From positions 1 through 35,797 of the forward strand of contig JAYUUO010000163.1 of NCBI GenBank assembly GCA_043754515.1: a stretch of DNA of 35,797 nt. The letters run 5' to 3'. Under the pieces are notes generated by a model, which saw only the letters and a program-made list of their open reading frames with translations, made no database searches and was not told the origin of the DNA. Made by a program: the position numbers and the translations under genes. Positions 28,700 to 35,797 of the stretch are shown here, piece by piece (the first letter of the stretch is position 1; each line of letters opens with the position of its first letter). Source of the DNA: Armatimonadota bacterium. Lineage in GTDB: Bacteria > Armatimonadota > Armatimonadia > Armatimonadales > Armatimonadaceae.

Positions 28700-28738
28700 A
28701 AAGTCCCCCGGCGGAGAGTTCCGTCGGGGGACTTTTTT
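28700..28738 (+). terminator. Intrinsic terminator, probably bidirectional
   Basis: AAAGTCCCCCGGCGGA-GAGT-TCCGTCGGGGGACTTT stem ending in a T6 tract, between convergent genes. Confidence 0.85.
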
Positions 28739-30687
28739 CACCTGGTGCCCGCGAGGAGACGCCCTGTGATCGCGTCCGCATCGTAGACGCAGCCGCCCCA
28801 GGTCCCGCCGCTCGCGTTCTGCAATGCCGCCCAGAGCCGCGTGTCATCCGGCAGGTCCGGGTCGGGCGCGAGGTCGGGGCGCGGGCCGCGTCGGGCCAGT
28901 TCCGCCGTCCCCCACTCCGCGCCGAATGTTTCGCCCGCTTCGCCGGTGAGATTGACTGATCCGTATAGTTGGTCGCGGTCCACGACGATCTCGATGCGGT
29001 CGCCGTCGCGCAGTTTACCTACCGGGCCACCCGCAAGTGCCTCCGGCCCCACGTGGCCGATACACGCCCCCGTTGACACGCCGGAGAACCGCGCGTCCGT
29101 GATCACCGCGACCGACTTGCCCCACGGCAGGAACTTCAGCGCGGACGTGATCTGATATATCTCTTCCATCCCCGCGCCCATCGGCCCGCGACAGATCAGC
29201 ACCAGCACGTCCCCCGCCTCGACTTTCCGACCCGACGGATGAACTCCCTTGATCGCCGCGATAGCGTCGCGCTCCGTCGTAAATATCTTCGCCGTGCCGG
29301 TTTTGCGGTAAACGTTGTCGGAGTCCACCGCCGACGCATCAATCGCGGTCGCCTTGATAACGGAGCCTTCGGGGCAGATGTTGCCGACCGGGAAAATGAG
29401 TGTCGGCGTTAGGCCGTGCGACTGCGCCGCCTCTGGGGTGAAAATCACGCGGTCGGGGTCAACGCCGTCCGCCTCGCGCAACCGTTCCCGAACACGTACG
29501 CGGCGTTCGGACGATTCCCACTCTACTAAATTCTCACCCAGTGTTTTGCCACTCACGGTAAGACAGTCTAGATGGAGCAGTCCCGCGTTTCGCAAATGGA
29601 GCATGACCTCGGGCACGCCCCCCGCGAGATACAGGCGCACCGTCGGGTGGTCGGTCGGGCCGTTCGGGAGGACGTCCACGATCCGAGCCGTGGCGCGGTT
29701 GACGCGTATCCAATCGGAGACGGTGGGGCGCGGCAACCCCGCCGCGTGCGCTATCGCGGGGATGTGCAGAAGCAGGTTCGTCGAGCCGCCGCAGGCCGCG
29801 TGGACAAGCATAGCGTTCTCGATGGCGGCGGAAGTGAGAACATCACGCGTCGTGATCCCGCGCCGATCCAGTTCCATCACCGCCCGCGCCGAGTCCCGCG
29901 CCATCTGAAGCCATATGGCGGTGCCGGACGGTGCCAGAGCGGAGTGCGGGAGCGATAATCCGAGTGCCTCGCCGACGGCCTGCGCGGTCGCCGCCGTGCC
30001 GAAGAACTGACATCCCCCGCCCGGCGTCGCGCACGCCCGGCAACCGGCTTCGGCAGCCTCCTGGAGCGTAATCAACCCGTGCGCGAAGCGCACCCCGAGC
30101 GTCTGCACCTTGCCCGCGTCCTCGCCGCGCGTCGGCGGCAGCGTCACGCCGCCGGGGACGATCACGCCGGGCAGGTGCGTCGCACCCGCTATCGCCAGCA
30201 TCATAGCCGGCAGTCCTTTGTCGCAGGTCGCGATCCCCAGCACCCCGCGACGGTTCGGGAGCGAGCGGATCAAGCGGCGCAACACGATCGCGGCGTCGTT
30301 GCGGAACGGCAACGAGTCCATCATCGCCGTAGTCCCCTGCGAGCGACCGTCGCACGGGTCCGAGACGTAGCCCGCGAACGGAATCGCGCCGTTTTCGGTG
30401 ACGGTCTCCGCCGCCGCGGCCATCAGGAGACCAACCTCCCAGTGTCCGGTGTGATAGCCGAGCGCGATAGGCGAGCCGTCGGGTCTTCGCATCCCGCCTT
30501 GCGTCGAGAGTAGCAGGAACTCGCGCCGATCCAGTTCGTCCGGGTTCCAGCCCATCCCAGCGTTCTGCGACAGAGCGAAAACGTCGCCCGAGGGACGGTT
30601 CAGGAGCATATCGGCGGTTAGTGGGAGTGCGCCCGCCGGGCCGGGTGCCGTGGTCGGGACGGCGTAGATGTCGTCCAGTATGCTCAT
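28738..30687 (-). CDS. YjhG/YagF-family D-xylonate dehydratase (IlvD/Edd superfamily)
   Basis: [63 protein letters not shown]; start MSILD. Confidence 0.92.
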   Translation of the reverse strand: MSILDDIYAVPTTAPGPAGALPLTADMLLNRPSGDVFALSQNAGMGWNPDELDRREFLLLSTQGGMRRPDGSPIALGYHTGHWEVGLLMAAAAETVTENGAIPFAGYVSDPCDGRSQGTTAMMDSLPFRNDAAIVLRRLIRSLPNRRGVLGIATCDKGLPAMMLAIAGATHLPGVIVPGGVTLPPTRGEDAGKVQTLGVRFAHGLITLQEAAEAGCRACATPGGGCQFFGTAATAQAVGEALGLSLPHSALAPSGTAIWLQMARDSARAVMELDRRGITTRDVLTSAAIENAMLVHAACGGSTNLLLHIPAIAHAAGLPRPTVSDWIRVNRATARIVDVLPNGPTDHPTVRLYLAGGVPEVMLHLRNAGLLHLDCLTVSGKTLGENLVEWESSERRVRVRERLREADGVDPDRVIFTPEAAQSHGLTPTLIFPVGNICPEGSVIKATAIDASAVDSDNVYRKTGTAKIFTTERDAIAAIKGVHPSGRKVEAGDVLVLICRGPMGAGMEEIYQITSALKFLPWGKSVAVITDARFSGVSTGACIGHVGPEALAGGPVGKLRDGDRIEIVVDRDQLYGSVNLTGEAGETFGAEWGTAELARRGPRPDLAPDPDLPDDTRLWAALQNASGGTWGGCVYDADAITGRLLAGTR

Positions 30688-31308
30688 GATCTGTAATGCT
30701 TCCACTGTAACTGCATGTGTGTATTGAGTGTCATCAGTTTCGCATCCTTGCGCTGTGCCGCTCATTCCTGTTCTGGCGGAGCGGTGGCTACGTCACTTCT
30801 GTGTTCCGCGCACGATCAAGACAACCTTCTACAACAATCAAGGCATGTCGCACAGCAAGTCGTCCCACGTCTCGACATCGAATATCCGATCCAGCAGTCC
30901 TTCGATTGTTTCAAGGGAAGAAATCGCATCTATCCGCGCCACGACCGTAAGCGATGCAACGCCCAACCGTCGCAAACCTTGGCGCAACAGAATACGCCTC
31001 GCCTCCCGAAGCTCGCCCTCGACGCGCCCCTCGTCTAAAATCTCTTTATATGTTATGGATTCCCGCATTCGACGTATCCTCTGTAGCATTCGTGTTTTGA
31101 ACGACTTATTGTACCGCAAGCCCATCAGAACGTCCGTCGCCGTCCATAGCTCCGCCGCCTCCGTTTCGCTATCGGCTTCGGCCTCAATGCGCGTTCGCAT
31201 TTCCTTGATGACACGCGCGACGGCGGAGGGACGGACGTTCGAAATGGGCGCGAAAGGCAGAGTAGACAACCCGCCGACAAGTAGTTCGTCCACGTCCAAT
31301 TGCCACAC

Positions 31309-31338
31309 CGCACAAATCGGCTCCGCCGATTTTGCTGA
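31309..31338 (-). repeat. 30-nt palindromic insertion A (REP-like)
   Basis: TCAGCA-AAATCGGC-GGA-GCCGATTT-GTGCG. Confidence 0.6.
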
Positions 31339-31526
31339 ACGCACAACGTTGTAGCGGAACGAAAGTACGCCACGCCGTCCGCGCCCGCGACATCGAGCGT
31401 GCCGGTGATCTGGGGACTGTTCGCGCCTTTGTGGAGCGGGAACACAGTGGAGACGACCGGCAACCTGGTTTTATACAGGGCCGCGACGTTGTAGTGGAAC
31501 AGGCGGAGCGGAATCTCCGACGTGCT

Positions 31527-31556
31527 CAAGAAAATCGCCTAGGGCGATTTCTCTGA
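31527..31556 (-). repeat. 30-nt palindromic insertion B (REP-like)
   Basis: TCAGAG-AAATCGCC-CTA-GGCGATTT-TCTTG. Confidence 0.6.
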
Positions 31557-31794
31557 TTTGCCGCTCTCTAGTTCATTATGCACGAGGTAAGAGCGATCAG
31601 GCGAGTCAACACGGATGATGCAGTCGGCATACAAAGTGATCGTAGACAGATCGGCGTCAACGAGAGAGACTTCCCCCGGCGGCAACTTTAGGGACTCGAC
31701 CCAGTCGGCGGGGCGCATCTCTATTAAGCGTTTGGTGACCGCATCATAGGCTTTAGACATAGTAAGCTATCAAGGCGCGGCAACCGTGTCCCGA

Positions 31795-33468
31795 TTATAG
31801 CACGGCTGGCAACGCGGCGACCGCTCGTTTCTTTTTCTTCTCGCGGGCTATGTCGAGAGGGATCTTCCCGTCTTTAGCGGCGAGCGATGTGTCCGCGCCA
31901 AATCGCAACAATACCACTATCGCTTCCGCGCGATCGTACCGCGCCGCCAAATATAGCGGTGTTCGACCCAGACGGTCCGCGTGGTTCGGGTCGGCACCCG
32001 ATTGAAGACATAGTTCCAGCACCTTGACCGCGCCAAAGTGACTCGCCAAGTGGAGAGGCGTCATTTTGTTGCGCGGGAAAGTTGCTCCCGGTCGCACGCC
32101 GTGCGGTTCGAGGAGCCGAACGCACCCGTCGGCATCTTTATGAACTGCCGCGTTGAGCAACGTTTCATTCCACGGGAGAAGATCGGCTGTCGGTACAGCG
32201 GCCAGTAGCACGGCGAGCACGGCATCTTTCCCCCAATAGACGGCGGACTCGACAGCGCAGTGATTTTTGGTGCCTGCGAGCGGATCGGCACCGTGCGTCA
32301 GCAACTCGCCGATGAATGCGACGTCGTTTTGTATGACGGCTTTCGCAAGAGGCGTGTAGCCCGAGGCATCCACCCCGTTCACATCCGCGCCGCGCGAGAG
32401 CAGGAGACGAGTGACGTTTCGATGATCGGGGTAGGGCGCGGCATTCATCAGAGGGGTGTTACCAGACCCGTCGCGCGCGTTCACGTCCGCCCCGGCGTCC
32501 ACGAGCAGTTCTATAACCTCCGCGACCCGCATCCCTGGTATTCCGTTCTCGGCGGGAGGGGAGTGCAAGAAGCTAGTGGCATAATGAAGTGGCGTCTCGC
32601 CACATTCGTGGCCTATACTGGGGTCTGCCCCGTGTTCGAGTAGGAATCGGATGATGCCTGTTTGTCCACGGAGCGCGGCATCGGCGAGCGGTATACGAGG
32701 GTTCAAAAAGCAAGGGGCGTTGACATCCGCGCCGCGCTGGATCATCATCTCCGCGATCTGTCGCGCCGCGTCCGGCATCGTCGTCTTATCCGCCCCGCTG
32801 AGTAACGCTTCATGGAACGGCTGACTCTTTTGCTCCTGCCGGTCCGCGAGCGGGTTCGCCCCCACTTCCAGGAGCCGTTCGGCGACGCGGACGAACCCGT
32901 TCCGGGCGGCGAGATGGAGCGACGTCAGTCCAGGCGGGTTCAACTCCGCATCACGCTCCAGACGGTCGTTAATCCGCGCCAGTATCTCCATCTCGGTGAG
33001 GGACGGATGGAAGGCACCCACGAGGGTGTCGTCGGGGAAAGCCAGCGTGTCGGCGGATGCCTTCCACCACCCCCTTCGCCGCTCCCCCGGCTTGCGCTCC
33101 TTCGCAATCTCCTTTTCCTTCCCACGACTCATCCTGCCTCTCTCCCAGAAATCCTGCGCTGCGCGGAACGCGATATAAGGAAAGCGGTTCCCGCCGTAGC
33201 GCAGCATAGCTTCTGTCAAAGCCTCATCAATCGGGCGGGTGAATGTGGTCCAGAGTGAACTGCCAATGTGCGGCATGCCCTCCCTCGCGACCACGCACAG
33301 AAATACAGCCGGCTCACCGATCCAGTCGTCGTTGAGCTCCAGGCGAATCTCTATAATGTCATTAGGCAGAGGAAGGGCTTCGATTGCGTGGGCTATGCGC
33401 GCGGCGTGCGGGTGGTCTATCTGATGCGCGGCGATGCGTACACGGTTCTTAGCGGTTCCTGTTGTCAT
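31795..33468 (-). CDS. Ankyrin-repeat protein (~10 repeats) with an in-frame N-terminal small domain; internal start possible at 33132
   Basis: GLTSLHLAA, GETPLHYA, GNTPLMNAA, GYTPLAKA, MTPLHLA, GRTPLYLAA and GAD(V/P)N turns. Confidence 0.85.
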   Translation of the reverse strand: MTTGTAKNRVRIAAHQIDHPHAARIAHAIEALPLPNDIIEIRLELNDDWIGEPAVFLCVVAREGMPHIGSSLWTTFTRPIDEALTEAMLRYGGNRFPYIAFRAAQDFWERGRMSRGKEKEIAKERKPGERRRGWWKASADTLAFPDDTLVGAFHPSLTEMEILARINDRLERDAELNPPGLTSLHLAARNGFVRVAERLLEVGANPLADRQEQKSQPFHEALLSGADKTTMPDAARQIAEMMIQRGADVNAPCFLNPRIPLADAALRGQTGIIRFLLEHGADPSIGHECGETPLHYATSFLHSPPAENGIPGMRVAEVIELLVDAGADVNARDGSGNTPLMNAAPYPDHRNVTRLLLSRGADVNGVDASGYTPLAKAVIQNDVAFIGELLTHGADPLAGTKNHCAVESAVYWGKDAVLAVLLAAVPTADLLPWNETLLNAAVHKDADGCVRLLEPHGVRPGATFPRNKMTPLHLASHFGAVKVLELCLQSGADPNHADRLGRTPLYLAARYDRAEAIVVLLRFGADTSLAAKDGKIPLDIAREKKKKRAVAALPAVL

Positions 33469-33529
33469 CCTAACTCTATGTACGCCGCCGAGGTCTGACC
33501 CGTTCGCGAATGGCGAACCGTCATATGCC

Positions 33530-33565
33530 AAAAAAGTGGCGGCGGGAAATATTTCCCGCCGCCAC
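33530..33565 (-). terminator. Intrinsic terminator of the DEAD-box helicase gene
   Basis: Perfect 30-bp palindrome GTGGCGGCGGGAAAT/ATTTCCCGCCGCCAC followed by T6 on the minus strand. Confidence 0.9.
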
Positions 33566-33598
33566 CTTCCTCCACAAACCGTGCTAAGCGCCCGCGGA

Positions 33599-34924
33599 CT
33601 ACGAGCGTCCGAAGCGGTAGCCGCCGGGGCGCGCCGTCGAGGGGCGACCGACGCGGCGCGGCCCGTTGTTCGGGCGTCCGCCTTGCGCGTTGCCGCCCGA
33701 GGAGGCACCCGCGTACGAAGCACTACCGGTGGCACCCGGCTCGGGGAGCGGCGACAGGTAGCCGTCCACCGTGCGCCGCTCGATGGGCTTGTTGATCAGC
33801 TTCTCGATGTCGCGCAGGTACTTCAGCTCGTCGCGGCTGACCAGCGAGATCGCCTCGCCCGTTTTGCCTGCGCGACCAGTGCGCCCGATGCGGTGGACGT
33901 AATCCTCCGGCACGTTCGGGATCTCGTAGTTCACCACGAACGGCAGGTTGTGAATGTCAAGGCCGCGCGCGGCGATGTCGGTCGCCACGAGCACCCGGAC
34001 CGCGCCCGCCTTGAAGTCCGCCAGCGCACGGGTGCGCTGAACCTGCGAGCGGTTGCCGTGGATAGTCGCCGACGGGATTCCGTGCTGATGAAGCACCTTG
34101 TCGAGCCGGTCCGCCATGTGCTTGGTGCGGGTGAAAAGCAGTGCCTGTCCCTGCGCCACATTGTGAAGCAGGTGGAGTAGCAGTTCCCGCTTCTGCTCGG
34201 TGGTGACCCCGTAAACGGAATGCTCGACGAGTTCGCACTCCAGATTCTCTCGCGCGATCTCGATCAGGGTCGGCTCGTGCAGGAACGCTCCGGCAAGCTC
34301 CTTGATCTCTTTCGAGAAGGTCGCCGAGAACATCAGCGTCTGTCGCTTCTCCGGGATGAGGGGCACGATGCGGCGGATGTCACGTACGAACCCCATGTCC
34401 AGCATCCGGTCCGCCTCGTCGAGCACCAGGATTTCGACTTGGCTTAGATCAACGGTGCCCTGCCCGACGTGATCGAGGAGCCGGCCCGGTGTCGCCACAA
34501 GGATGTCGGTTCCCCGCGCCAACGCCTTCATCTGGGAGCCGATGCCCACGCCGCCGAAGACGACGGTAGACACCAGTGGCAGGAACTTGCCGTAGGTCTG
34601 TACCGACGCCTCGACCTGCATGGCGAGTTCGCGGGTAGGGGTCAGGATCAGGCAGCGCACCGGGTGGCGCGACGTGCGCCGGTTGTTTCGGGAGTTGTGC
34701 TGGAGCGTCGCGGCGGATTTACCCGTCTGCGGCATGAGCAGGTGCAATAGCGGTAATGTAAAGCCGGCGGTCTTCCCGGTGCCGGTTTGCGCGGCGGCGA
34801 GGACATCCCCTCCTGCTAAAATGGCGGGAATAGCCTGTTCCTGTACGGGGGTCGGGACGGTATAACCGGCGGTATCGAGGGCGTGCAAAAGTTCGGCGCG
34901 AAGGCCGAGTTCGGAAAATAACAT
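33599..34924 (-). CDS. rhlE: DEAD-box RNA helicase (RhlE-like)
   Basis: Q motif, [38 protein letters not shown]; Gly/Arg-rich tail. Confidence 0.93.
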   Translation of the reverse strand: MLFSELGLRAELLHALDTAGYTVPTPVQEQAIPAILAGGDVLAAAQTGTGKTAGFTLPLLHLLMPQTGKSAATLQHNSRNNRRTSRHPVRCLILTPTRELAMQVEASVQTYGKFLPLVSTVVFGGVGIGSQMKALARGTDILVATPGRLLDHVGQGTVDLSQVEILVLDEADRMLDMGFVRDIRRIVPLIPEKRQTLMFSATFSKEIKELAGAFLHEPTLIEIARENLECELVEHSVYGVTTEQKRELLLHLLHNVAQGQALLFTRTKHMADRLDKVLHQHGIPSATIHGNRSQVQRTRALADFKAGAVRVLVATDIAARGLDIHNLPFVVNYEIPNVPEDYVHRIGRTGRAGKTGEAISLVSRDELKYLRDIEKLINKPIERRTVDGYLSPLPEPGATGSASYAGASSGGNAQGGRPNNGPRRVGRPSTARPGGYRFGRS

Positions 34925-35219
34925 ATTCGTCTCCTAAACGGAATAATTGTTTGGATGCGTGACTGTAATTTCGATCACATCGAGTAGTAATAACTCTTCA
35001 AAAACAGTCACACTTTTCTGAAAAATTATTCACCTGCAAGCGCGTGCGTGTTAAAGACACGGGCTATCCGGTTCAGGCAGACCAATGAATTGGTGCAAGG
35101 GTCGAAGGGCGGGCGTTCCGAGTGAAACGCGAGCCACAAACGAAGTCGAACGCAAACCGGGGTGCGAAAACGACCATTTACGCGCGGCGAATACCGCGTG
35201 AAGTCTGGCAACGTCCACC

Positions 35220-35228
35220 AGTATATCA
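35220..35228 (-). promoter_or_regulatory. Putative extended -10 promoter (TGATATACT) for the helicase
   Basis: TGn-TATACT ~295 nt upstream of the ATG. Confidence 0.45.
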
Positions 35229-35278
35229 CCGCTTCAGGAAGTCCGCCAATTTTTATGTTTTTTTGTGCCGCCGGGCTC

Positions 35279-35306
35279 TTGCGCGGTGTCCGAGTTGGGG
35301 TATAAT
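35279..35306 (+). promoter_or_regulatory. Sigma70-type promoter of tRNA-His
   Basis: TTGCGC-16 nt-TATAAT, 17 nt before the tRNA. Confidence 0.75.
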
Positions 35307-35323
35307 AGTGGAGTGTAGTTCGC

Positions 35324-35398
35324 GGAGAGTGTAGCTCAGTCGGTTAGAGCGTCGGCTTGTGGCGCCGAAGGTCGCGGGTTCGATCCCCGTCATTCTCC
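35324..35398 (+). tRNA. tRNA-His(GTG); G-1 encoded, CCA not encoded
   Basis: Acceptor G-GAGAGTG/CATTCTC-C, D arm GCTC/GAGC, anticodon stem TCGGC/GCCGA with GTG at 35359-61, T arm GGTTCGATCC. Confidence 0.97.
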
Positions 35399-35680
35399 CT
35401 CCTCATCCCTTCCGTACGAACCACCGAGAGTGCAAACCTCAAATCAGTTCAGTTATTTCTATTCGCTTGCGGATCTAAATTGTTCGGTACGTCCCCTTCG
35501 AAGGAAGTTATCTTGAAAACCACCTGGTCCCACCGGCAAGTCCGACTTTATCTGGTTCTAATCCCTTCGCCATCTTCTCCGCTTCACAAGCCATGAGTCC
35601 CCACCTATACCGAGGGGTGTAGCGAAACTAGCTCATTGGAGTCAAAACCGACTGGTTCTCATATTAGTCAATTGCGAAAA

Positions 35681-35797
35681 TAAGTACCCAATCTGAAATA
35701 CATGACATTTAGAGCCACCGTTATTTGATGGGGCTTCCTCTGAAAAACATCGGCGACGGGTGAATCCCAAATGTCATGTATTTTGGCACACGCACTT
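35681..35797 (+). mobile_element. ~117-bp MITE-like element with bipartite terminal inverted repeats
   Basis: Ends (T)AAGTRC-N8-AAATACATGACATTT; perfect 15-bp IR at 35696-35710/35769-35783; second copy at window start. Confidence 0.75.

Larger units (their letters stand above)
30838..31760 (-). pseudogene. Rpn/YhgA-like (PD-(D/E)xK) protein with DUF4351-like C-terminus, disrupted
   Basis: YD...K.L, DADLST...AD, HNELES, RL..Y, MRESITY.EI..EGR.EG, LLDRI...TWDDLL; in-frame TAG at 31539 inside an insertion; frameshift near 31362. Confidence 0.8.

Noticed and set aside
30728..31354. 208-aa Ser/Arg-rich plus-strand ORF
   Set aside because: Antisense shadow of the Rpn/DUF4351 pseudogene
33469..33735. 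N-terminal extension of the 646-aa ORF
   Set aside because: Overlaps the helicase 3' end and crosses its terminator; low-complexity translation
35310..35322. GAGTGTAGTT resembling the tRNA 5' end as an att duplication
   Set aside because: Only ~9 nt, on the 5' side, and no integrase nearby
1..35797. CRISPR array, prophage or autonomous IS
   Set aside because: No regularly spaced direct repeats, and no cas, phage structural, integrase or transposase ORFs

Overview
A GC-rich bacterial chromosomal segment. It is probably from Armatimonadota or a similar lineage, inferred from an H-X9-DG prepilin-associated remnant, DUF4058 and Rpn/DUF4351 remnants and frequent leaderless genes. Most of it is housekeeping: rpmF-plsX-fabH-fabD-fabG-acpP-fabF, rnhB, recF, rnc, ftsY, an aspartate aminotransferase, an RhlE-like DEAD-box helicase and tRNA-His(GTG). 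Accessory genes are interspersed: SpoIIM/RDD, an AbrB-Doc toxin-antitoxin pair, SMI1/KNR4, tandem GNATs, a kinase-TM-HhH protein, LysR with a beta-barrel and a GrpE-like gene, a monoheme cytochrome, a xylonate dehydratase and an ankyrin protein, plus several pseudogenes. I see no CRISPR array, transposase or prophage, and no large, clearly novel multi-gene system. The most notable signals are: (1) a ~117-bp MITE-like element present at both window ends in inverted orientation; (2) two related 30-nt TCAG-led palindromic insertions that disrupt one gene; (3) a self-contained unit of promoter, ~115-nt rod-shaped RNA, Ogr/Delta-like zinc finger and terminator, divergent from recF; (4) an orphan YegI/TerY-P-like kinase with a HhH domain; (5) an in-frame fusion of a small domain to an ankyrin protein. 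All family assignments are from motif recognition, not database searches.
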